In this document: one piece after another, positions 35,501 through 64,000 of the stretch
Layout: each line of letters opens with the position of its first letter
Position numbering within the stretch: position 1 is the stretch's first letter
Assembly: GCA_963823665.1 (NCBI GenBank)
Contig: CAWGMQ010000008.1
Coordinates: 512,001-576,000, forward strand
Source: an uncultured Planctomycetota bacterium
Lineage (GTDB): Bacteria > Planctomycetota > Planctomycetia > Isosphaerales > Isosphaeraceae
Direction: 5' to 3'
Length of the DNA: 64,000 bases
Position numbers and translations under genes: made by a program
The notes under the pieces: model-generated
The model's database searches: none
Seen by the model: only the letters and a program-made list of their open reading frames with translations
Told to the model about the DNA's origin: nothing

Positions 35501-36495
35501 CGGGCAACACCGAGGTGAAGACACCCAAGATCGAAGCGAGCACTTACCTGCCGAACCTGACTCCACCTGTGACGTCGGTTGATGGAACCACCGGGGTCAA
35601 CCCGAGCACGGTGAATTCATCAACCGGCACGTTCACGCTGAACGTGACAGGGAGTGATGCCGGTGGTGGCGTCGTGACATACATCGACGTGTTTGTGTCT
35701 GTCGATTCCGGCGCCTATGCGCTCGCCGCAGCGTCGATACCGGCCGGACCGGCAGACAGCACGGGGATTGTTCATGCGACTATTCCTTACCAGGGCCTCA
35801 CCGACGGTGCGCAGCACACCTATGCGTTCTATAGCATCGGGGTCGACAGTGCGGGCAACACACAGGCGGCACCGGCGAACCCCAATCTGATGCTCACGGA
35901 AAAATTCGCGAATGCGACGCCGTTGCAGCTCGAGACGACGAGCTTGGTCGTTGAAGACGGCGCGATTGAACGTTCGTACATCCGCTACCTGCAAGTCGGT
36001 TTCAACGAGTCGGACAATCAGTCCGGCGGCGAGCTCACCCAGATCGTGAATTCCGTCAAGACCGCATCGCCTGAGATCCAGCTTTTCCAGTATGACTTGA
36101 ACGACGACGCGTCGAGCAAGACGGCCGTATCGCTCTCGAGCGTGAATGTCGAGGTGATCGACCATGCGATCGAGCTTGACTTCGGTGCGAACGGATTGGG
36201 CGGGAGCCCCAACACGACGACCGCCGACGGTTATTACGAGCTGGATATCAAGCTGCCGAATGGAGCGGTGGGCGTTCATCACTTCTACCGGTTGCTGGGT
36301 GACGTGACCGGCGACGGCTTGGTGGACAGCAACGACCTGAATGAAATCGCGGCCGAAATCAATCTATCGAATGCGGCGGGGCTCGCGCCCCTGGGGGCGG
36401 ACGTCAACGGCGACGGCACCGTGTCCGCGCTCGACTTGACGCTGGCAACCCGGGCGAAGGGGCACAAGCTGAAGTCGGGGCTTTCGTTAGGATGA
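11547..36495 (+). CDS. Giant secreted/surface repeat protein 1 (about 8,300 aa when joined across frameshifts near 13285, 17115 and 32130): beta-helix repeats, LPxL solenoid arrays, SdrD-B-like, PKD, FG-GAP, RTX-like repeats, metzincin-type protease motif, Ig-like domains and C-terminal dockerin
   Basis: ORF-track pieces 11526-13376, 13330-17127, 17271-32510 and 32170-36495 continue the same repeat grammar across each junction. Leader RRVLVIEILEKRLLRS; HELGHLSGLEH at 32917; paired GDVTGDGLVDSNDL and ADVNGDGTVSALDL at the end. Confidence 0.85.
18172..20100 (+). repeat. Intragenic tandem repeat, ~420-423 bp (140-141 aa), about 4.5 diverged units
   Basis: SYxGGG...STLQASGTGSLLSLP recurs near 18174, 18597, 19020, 19440 and 19860. 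Confidence 0.85.
21126..24100 (+). repeat. Intragenic near-perfect 447-bp (149-aa) tandem repeat, six units plus a diverged partial seventh
   Basis: Units start at 21126, 21573, 22020, 22467, 22914, 23361 and 23808; each contains an SCC motif. Confidence 0.95.
30290..31900 (+). repeat. RTX-like glycine/aspartate repeats (60-bp unit GGSGNDIIYATTGNTTITAGSGHDSIV, degenerating downstream)
   Basis: The 60-bp periodicity is directly visible from 30290 to about 31100, followed by many GGxGND units. Confidence 0.9.
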
Positions 36496-36705
36496 TCGAT
36501 AACTGGCACCCGCCAAGGTGATTCTGGGCAGGCGGTTGCGATGTAGCTGGCCGTTCCGCGTGCGAAGCATCAGGCCATCAGAGCGGCCAGGGTCTTGGCC
36601 GAGTGGATGACCATCGACTTACGTACAGTGCAACCGCCTCAATGGCCGTTCCAAGGGGCAGAATAACCCTGTTGCTACTGCTATACTCTCGGAAAATTCG
36701 ATTTT

Positions 36706-36744
36706 TTTGTCCCGAACCCGTGGCCTTGCGCCAGCCAGGAAGTA
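36706..36744 (+). promoter_or_regulatory. Candidate autoregulatory ECF promoter
   Basis: TTTGTCCCG-N12-TGCGCCAGCCAGG-aa-GTA, with the same spacing as the motif at 42639. Confidence 0.6.
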
Positions 36745-36756
36745 GGGGGCAAGATC

Positions 36757-37395
36757 ATGCGCGACCCGTCCAGTGAATCTGTCGGTTTGTTGGAGCGGCT
36801 AAAAGCCGGGGACCGCCGTGCGCTCGCCGAGCTGTTCCAGAGGCATCGCGACCGGCTGCGCAGGATCGTCGAGCTGCGCATGGATGCCAGGCTCCACGGT
36901 CGAATCGACGCCTCCGACGTGCTCCAGGACGGATTCCTCGACATGACGAAGCAGTTGGAGGGCTATCTGAGCGCTCCCAGGCTGCCCGTGTTTCTCTGGT
37001 TGCGGCGGATTGTCAGCGATCGTCTGGCGATGTACCACCGCCGCCACCTGGGGACGGGGATGCGGGACGCCGGCCGGGAGGTTTCGCTGTATCGCGATCC
37101 CTTGCCCCAGCCCAGCTCGGCGGCCCTGGCCTCGATGCTCATGGGTCGGCTGACGTCGCCGTCGAATGCGGCGATTCGCGCCGAGCAGCTCCTGCAGGTT
37201 CAGGAAGCGATCAACTCGCTCGATCCCATCGATCGGGAAGTGGTGGCGCTTCGCCATTTCGAGGACCTTACGCGAGCTGAGACTGCGGTCGTGCTCGGAA
37301 TCACCGAGGAAGCCGGGGCCAAGCGTTACATCCGAGCAATCAAGAAGCTCAAGACAATCATGGCTGCGATGTCAAGCGGCTTCGAAGGAATCTGA
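36757..37395 (+). CDS. ECF-type sigma-70 factor (planctomycete-specific, kinase-associated type)
   Basis: LLERLKAGDRRALAELFQRHRDRL, RIDASDVLQD, TSPSNAAIRAE and DREVVALRHFEDLTRAETAVVLGITEEAGAKRYIRA. Its stop directly abuts the kinase start (TGAATGATG). Confidence 0.93.
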   Translation: MRDPSSESVGLLERLKAGDRRALAELFQRHRDRLRRIVELRMDARLHGRIDASDVLQDGFLDMTKQLEGYLSAPRLPVFLWLRRIVSDRLAMYHRRHLGTGMRDAGREVSLYRDPLPQPSSAALASMLMGRLTSPSNAAIRAEQLLQVQEAINSLDPIDREVVALRHFEDLTRAETAVVLGITEEAGAKRYIRAIKKLKTIMAAMSSGFEGI

Positions 37396-40300
37396 ATGAT
37401 GTCGGTGCCGCATTCGGAACAGTATGACCTGCTCGATCGTCTGGCAGAAGAATTCGCGGCCCGCTTCCGGCGAGGGGAGCGCCCTGCGCTCAAAGAATAC
37501 ACCGACCGCTACCCGGAGCTCGCCGACGAGATCCGCGAGCTCTTCCCGGCGCTCGTGAAAGTCGAACGGGCCAAAGGTCTGCGGCAGGGCGACCTAGAGA
37601 AAGGGGATTCACAGGCCGCAGGTCCACCCCTCTGCCAGGTCGGCGACTACCGGATCCTTCGCGAGATCGGCCACGGCGGTATGGGTGTCGTGTACGAGGC
37701 CGAACAGATTTCACTCGGCAGACGGGTCGCACTCAAAATGCTGCCCCGCAGTGTCGCCGGAGATCACAGGATGTTCGAGCGGTTCCGCCGCGAAGCCCGC
37801 GCCGCGGCGAGGCTGCATCACACCAATATCGTGCCCGTCTTCGAAGTCGGCCGCGAGGGGGATGACTGCTATTACGCGATGCAGTTCATTCAGGGCCAGG
37901 CGCTCGACCTGGTCTACGACGAGATCCGCAGACTGCGTGGCCAGCCCAGGGACCCGGCCGTATCGCGGTCCAGGCTCGCCAGGATATCGCTCGAAGGGTT
38001 GTCGGTCGCCGGCGAAAACCCATCCGAACATGGCGCCACACTCGCCGGAGGATCCGGGTTCGGCCACGTCGTCCACTCACTCTTGACCGGACGGTTCGAC
38101 GCCGGCTCCGGACTTGCGCCGGCGGCCGCAGATATGCCGCCAGACGTACCGTCGACCAGGGGCGATTCACGCGCTTCGGGGCCGGCCGCCGCGCCGGTCG
38201 CCGGCGAGATCGCCGTGGCGCCGGCGACCGACGGACGCGCGGCGGGACCGCCGTCGCCCGCACTGATTCCGGATGTACCCCTTTCGGAGTCGCCATACAC
38301 TTCGGCCGTGCTGCCGGGCGGGACGCAAATCTCGTCGGTCGAATCGGGCGGATCCAAGTACGCCCGCAGCGTAGCCCGGATCGGGTTCCAGGCGGCCCTC
38401 GGGCTGGCTTACGCCCACGCCAGGGGCGTGGTGCACCGCGACATCAAGCCGTCAAACCTCCTGCTCGACACCGATGGCGTGGTCTGGATCACCGACTTTG
38501 GGCTGGCCAAGTCCGACGACGACCGCCTGACACAGACCGGCGACATCGTGGGCACGGTCCGCTACATGGCCCCCGAGCGGTTCCGCGGGGAAGCCGACGT
38601 CCGGTCCGACATCTATGCCCTCGGCCTGACCCTTTACGAGTTGTTGACCCTGGAGCCTGCCTTCAACACCCGCGACCGGCTCCGGCTGATCGAGCAGGTC
38701 AAAGGCGAAGACCCGATCGCGCCGCGCGTGCACGACCGCCGCGTCCCGCGCGACCTGGAGACGATCATCTTGAAGGCAATCGACAAGGACCCGAAGCGGC
38801 GTTACCCGACGGCCGATGCCATGGCCGAAGACCTGCGCCGGTTCCTCCACGACGAGCCGATCCTGGCGCGCCGCCAAACGCATTTCGAGCGCTACGTGCG
38901 CTGGGCGCGGCGCCACCCGGGAATCGCGATCATGGGAGCCGCTCTCACGGCCGTGCTCGTGCTGGCCACGGCGTGGTCCATGGTCGCCGCCGCTCGCGAG
39001 CATGGCGCGAAGCTCATGGCCCAGGCAGCCCTCAAGAAGGCAGAGTCCGACCATCTTGAGGCCGAAGCGCAGCGGGATCGTGCCGAGTGGAACCTCTACG
39101 CCGCCCGGATCGGCCAGGCCGAGAGCTCGCTCCGACTGTTCGATCCGCACACGGCTCGCGCGCTGCTGGACCAGTGCATCCCCAAGTCGGGGGGACCGGA
39201 CCGCCGCGGCTGGGAATGGTCCTATCTCGATCGGTGGTGCAGCCCCGAGCTGCGCACCCTGAAAGTGCCCACAATCACCGAGACGAACGTCGTCGCCGTC
39301 AGCCCTGACGGCCGTTTACTTGTAGTCGGCTGCGCGGCCATTTATGCCCGCCAGGCGGCTCAGGAGCCGGCCGTTCCGACCTGCGTGATCAACCTCAAGA
39401 ACGGCAACGTCCAATACAGACTGGCCGGGCACGGGACCTATGTTTCGGCGGTTGCGTTTCGACCTGACGGAAAACGCTTTGCGGTCTCGGGGAATAAGGG
39501 CGCGATCAAAGTCTGGGAAAGCGACACAGGGCGGGATCTGCTGAATCTCGGCAGTTTTGGAGCGGCGGGGAATTGCCTCGCCTGGAGCCCGGACGGTCGC
39601 CGGCTGGCCAGCGCGCATCCCGACGGATTCGTCCGGATCTGGGACCCGGAGACCGGCCGCGAGACGGCCCGGATCTCCCATTCGGCCGCGCACCTGGCCT
39701 GGAGCCCCGACGGAACGCGGATCGCAGCCGCGGGTAAAGGCGATCAAGTCCGCATCTGGGCGGCCGCGGATGCGAAGCCGAGCGGCCCGGTCCAGAGTCT
39801 GGAAGGGGCCAACGGCATCGCTTGGGCGCCGGACGGCCGGCGGCTGGCCGGTGTCTCCGCGGATGGGTCGCTCGTGGTCTGGGATACAGCCAGCGGTGAG
39901 ACGGTCTTCGCGGTCAAGCAAATCAGCCAGCTCTCGTCGGTGGCGTTCAGCCCGGACGGAAATCGTGTGGCGACGGGCGGCACGGAAGGCATCGTCCGCC
40001 TGCATGACGCCAGGTCCGGCCATGAGCACGCCGCGGTCTTGATGAGCTGCGAAAACGTTTCCAGCCTCGCCTTTGCCCCCGACGGCGGCCGGCTCTTCGC
40101 TGCCGGCTGGGGGATGGGCGTAGTCAAAGTCTTCGATACAACGCGCGACCCCCGCGGCCGCGGCGTCACTCCCTGGCTCGATCAGTCCGCGGCCCTGACA
40201 TTCGTGGGGGAGGGCGAGCGGCTCCGTGGGATCGGTTGGCAGGGTCGTCAACTGGCTACCCTCAACTTCTCCGCGGGCGGCATGCAATATCAAGGGAGTT

Positions 40301-42450
40301 TTCCCGTGGTCGACAACCCCTTATGGCCACGCGGTGACTTCTCGTTCAATGCCGATGGCAGGCTGCTCGCAGCGCCCTTGCAACGAGATCCGACTTCCGT
40401 CGGCGTCTGGGACGTGGAGCTCGGCCGGCTGACCGCCACGCTCCGCGGAAGCTCGGCAATGGTCACCGCCGTCGCCTTCAGCTCGGACGGTCTTCGACTG
40501 GCAACCGCGGCGCCAGACGAGCCGAAGCGGAAGTCGGCTGTGACCGTATGGGATCTGGGTAGAGCGCGGCCCCTTCTGACCTTCGATGTCAGTCAGAATG
40601 GAGTCGATTGTCTCGCGTTCTCGCGCGACGGCCGCAAGATCGCGGCTGGCGGCGGCCATTTCGACAAGAGCAATCAGGGTTGGGTCACCGTTTCGGATGC
40701 GGAGAACGGCGCCCTAGTTCGGGCGCTTGACCAATTGGGAGTGGTGACGTGCGTCGCCTTCCACCCCGACGGGACCTTGCTCGCGATCGCCGATTCCGGA
40801 AACACAAGCGTGCTTCTATGGGACTTCAGCGCGGATACCCTGGTCACCCGCCCGGCGCCGCGCGCCGTCGTTTGCGTGGCTTTCAGCCATGACGGCTCGC
40901 GACTGGCATCACTGGGCCACAGCGGCAGCGTTCACCTGGCCGACTCCCGGACCGGCGAACAGGTGATGGTGCTCCATTGCCTTGGCCCACCGCTTGGCAA
41001 CGGCGGCTGGACCCCTCGGCTGACATTCAGCGCCGATGGCTCGCGCATCGCCGCGCAGATGTCCAATTTTCTCAACCTATGGGACGCCGGGCCTTTGCTC
41101 AATTCGCAGGTCGAGCCCAACTCCGATGACGCTGCGGGCTGGTTACGCCGCAGCCGATCTTTCGCCACCGGAGGGCACGGCGCGCAGGCCCTTGCCGCGT
41201 TCGAACACGCCCGCGCGATTCCGACCGACTCGCCTGAGCCGTGGATCCGGCATGCCCTGGCCGAGGGCATCGAGCCCGATCAGGCCGAGCTAGCCTTCGT
41301 CCGGGCTTTTGCATCCAGGTGCGACGATCCGATGCGCTGGCTCGCTTGCGCGCGCGAGCTCGAGCGCTTCGACCGGAAACACGAGGCAGCGACTGCATCG
41401 AAAATCGCGCGTCAGTTTGCGGAAAAACGACTGGCCATCGCGGCCGACGACGAGCCGGCGGCCTGGGTGCTGGCTGACCTCTTGAAGGACGGGATGGCCG
41501 CGCTCGCCGATGGGAACTGGTCGATTCTTGTGCCCTCCCAAATGGCCTCCGCAGGCGGGGCCAAACAGACGCGACTTCCTGACGGCTCGATCCTGGCTAG
41601 CGGCGCGAATCCGGATCAAGACAGCTTGACGATCGTCGCGCGAACGGAGCTGGCCGGGATCACGGGCTTGAGGCTCGAGGTGCTTCCGGACCCGAGCCTG
41701 CACGCCACCGGCCCCGGACGCCAGTACAAATGGGGTGACTTGCACCTGAGCGGGTTGAGCGTGGCCGTCGCGCCCGGCGACGACCTCTCGAAGAGCCAGC
41801 CGATCGAGTTTTCGTGGAGCGTCGCGACCAATGTTCAGCCGCGAGCCCCGTTCGCCAATCCACCAGGTGCGTTTGCCCGCAACCGTGCAACGCGCTGGAA
41901 TTGGGATCTCCGTGAACAAATCGGATTGCGCAACGCGATAGCGTTCGCGACGGCCGGACCAGTCGACGCGCCGGCCGGCTCGACCTGGATCATCCGGCTC
42001 GACTGTCAGGACCCTCGGTGGAAACAAGCGACACTCGGCCGATTCCGGCTGTCGGTGACGAGCGCCCCGGTGACTCTCTTCGAGACCTCGTTGCACAAGG
42101 CCCTCACCGAGCCCGAGTGGAACGGCCACACGCGCCTGGGCGTGGCCTATTACCTTCAAGAGGACTGGCAGGCCGCAGAAAGAGCACTGCGAATCGCCAC
42201 GGATGCGCCTGAGGCCAACGGCACCGACCGGTTCCTGCTGGCGCTCTGCCTCCATCACCTCGACCGCCACGATGAAGCTCATCGCTATCTCGAGAGCGGC
42301 GTCGCCTGGCTAGAACAGAACAAAAACAGCGGCACCCTCCGCACGCTGGTGGTCGAGGCAATCGCCCTGATCGACGGATTGAGCCGAAGCCAGGCTGAGG
42401 CCCGGATGTTCCTCGATCCGATCTTCCCGGCCGAGGCGTTCGCGCGGTGA
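37396..42450 (+). CDS. Hanks-type Ser/Thr protein kinase with a hydrophobic/TM segment, WD40 propellers, TPR-like helices and a C-terminal beta-sandwich-like domain
   Basis: GHGGMGVVY, VALK, HRDIKPSN, DFG, YMAPE and DIYALG motifs; hydrophobic IAIMGAALTAVLVLATAWSMVAAA; many (F/W)SPDGxRLA...WD repeats. Confidence 0.95.
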   Translation: MMSVPHSEQYDLLDRLAEEFAARFRRGERPALKEYTDRYPELADEIRELFPALVKVERAKGLRQGDLEKGDSQAAGPPLCQVGDYRILREIGHGGMGVVYEAEQISLGRRVALKMLPRSVAGDHRMFERFRREARAAARLHHTNIVPVFEVGREGDDCYYAMQFIQGQALDLVYDEIRRLRGQPRDPAVSRSRLARISLEGLSVAGENPSEHGATLAGGSGFGHVVHSLLTGRFDAGSGLAPAAADMPPDVPSTRGDSRASGPAAAPVAGEIAVAPATDGRAAGPPSPALIPDVPLSESPYTSAVLPGGTQISSVESGGSKYARSVARIGFQAALGLAYAHARGVVHRDIKPSNLLLDTDGVVWITDFGLAKSDDDRLTQTGDIVGTVRYMAPERFRGEADVRSDIYALGLTLYELLTLEPAFNTRDRLRLIEQVKGEDPIAPRVHDRRVPRDLETIILKAIDKDPKRRYPTADAMAEDLRRFLHDEPILARRQTHFERYVRWARRHPGIAIMGAALTAVLVLATAWSMVAAAREHGAKLMAQAALKKAESDHLEAEAQRDRAEWNLYAARIGQAESSLRLFDPHTARALLDQCIPKSGGPDRRGWEWSYLDRWCSPELRTLKVPTITETNVVAVSPDGRLLVVGCAAIYARQAAQEPAVPTCVINLKNGNVQYRLAGHGTYVSAVAFRPDGKRFAVSGNKGAIKVWESDTGRDLLNLGSFGAAGNCLAWSPDGRRLASAHPDGFVRIWDPETGRETARISHSAAHLAWSPDGTRIAAAGKGDQVRIWAAADAKPSGPVQSLEGANGIAWAPDGRRLAGVSADGSLVVWDTASGETVFAVKQISQLSSVAFSPDGNRVATGGTEGIVRLHDARSGHEHAAVLMSCENVSSLAFAPDGGRLFAAGWGMGVVKVFDTTRDPRGRGVTPWLDQSAALTFVGEGERLRGIGWQGRQLATLNFSAGGMQYQGSFPVVDNPLWPRGDFSFNADGRLLAAPLQRDPTSVGVWDVELGRLTATLRGSSAMVTAVAFSSDGLRLATAAPDEPKRKSAVTVWDLGRARPLLTFDVSQNGVDCLAFSRDGRKIAAGGGHFDKSNQGWVTVSDAENGALVRALDQLGVVTCVAFHPDGTLLAIADSGNTSVLLWDFSADTLVTRPAPRAVVCVAFSHDGSRLASLGHSGSVHLADSRTGEQVMVLHCLGPPLGNGGWTPRLTFSADGSRIAAQMSNFLNLWDAGPLLNSQVEPNSDDAAGWLRRSRSFATGGHGAQALAAFEHARAIPTDSPEPWIRHALAEGIEPDQAELAFVRAFASRCDDPMRWLACARELERFDRKHEAATASKIARQFAEKRLAIAADDEPAAWVLADLLKDGMAALADGNWSILVPSQMASAGGAKQTRLPDGSILASGANPDQDSLTIVARTELAGITGLRLEVLPDPSLHATGPGRQYKWGDLHLSGLSVAVAPGDDLSKSQPIEFSWSVATNVQPRAPFANPPGAFARNRATRWNWDLREQIGLRNAIAFATAGPVDAPAGSTWIIRLDCQDPRWKQATLGRFRLSVTSAPVTLFETSLHKALTEPEWNGHTRLGVAYYLQEDWQAAERALRIATDAPEANGTDRFLLALCLHHLDRHDEAHRYLESGVAWLEQNKNSGTLRTLVVEAIALIDGLSRSQAEARMFLDPIFPAEAFAR

Positions 42451-42638
42451 ACAGAGCGAACAGACCGGCGCGATTACATCGCTGATGCATTCGCGCAGCC
42501 ATCAATGAATTCCATGGTCTCTGGCGCAATCCGATCAGCGATCACGTTTTCGGACGGACGCCTGGCCGGCATGACAAAGGCCGAATCGAGCGCGATCTGG
42601 CGAAGCTCGAAACATCATTTCTGGAAAATCTAACTCGG

Positions 42639-42677
42639 TTTGTCCCGCTCGCGCGTCGCTGCGTCAGCTAGGGGGTA
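42639..42677 (+). promoter_or_regulatory. Candidate ECF-dependent promoter of giant gene 2
   Basis: TTTGTCCCG-N12-TGCGTCAGCTAGG-gg-GTA, preceded by GGAAAAT as in the ECF promoter. Confidence 0.6.
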
Positions 42678-42779
42678 TCGGCACCGTTCTCACAGACCCG
42701 CCGATCCGGCGATCGCCAGGTATCGAGCGCTCGCCGTCCCCACCAGACCCCGATTGACACCGACGTGAGGAGCCCACCG

Positions 42780-64000
<21,221 letters not shown>

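Overview
High-GC window that looks planctomycete (Isosphaerales-like), judged from the LEPR-XLL-type leaders, the ECF sigma/Ser-Thr kinase pair and the dockerin. Bases 1-11.3 kb are a mobile/repeat zone. It holds an ECF sigma factor, a repeat-rich hypothetical gene, several REP/MITE-like families, an Rpn/YhgA-like gene with a candidate internal small ORF, an ISAs1-family element whose transposase needs a +1 shift, and an ECF gene remnant. It also holds a group II twintron: an RT/HNH-encoding intron (5186-7605) sits in domain VI of an ORF-less intron (5153-8311), and its EBS1/EBS2 pair perfectly with the host intron's domain V/VI junction. The rest of the window is two giant secreted repeat proteins, about 8,300 aa (11547-36495) and more than 7,000 aa (42780 to beyond the window end). 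Each is broken by a few frameshifts that may be sequencing errors. Between them lies an ECF sigma plus WD40 Ser/Thr kinase module, and the ECF gene and the second giant gene share a bipartite promoter-like motif. All calls were made by eye; no searches were run.
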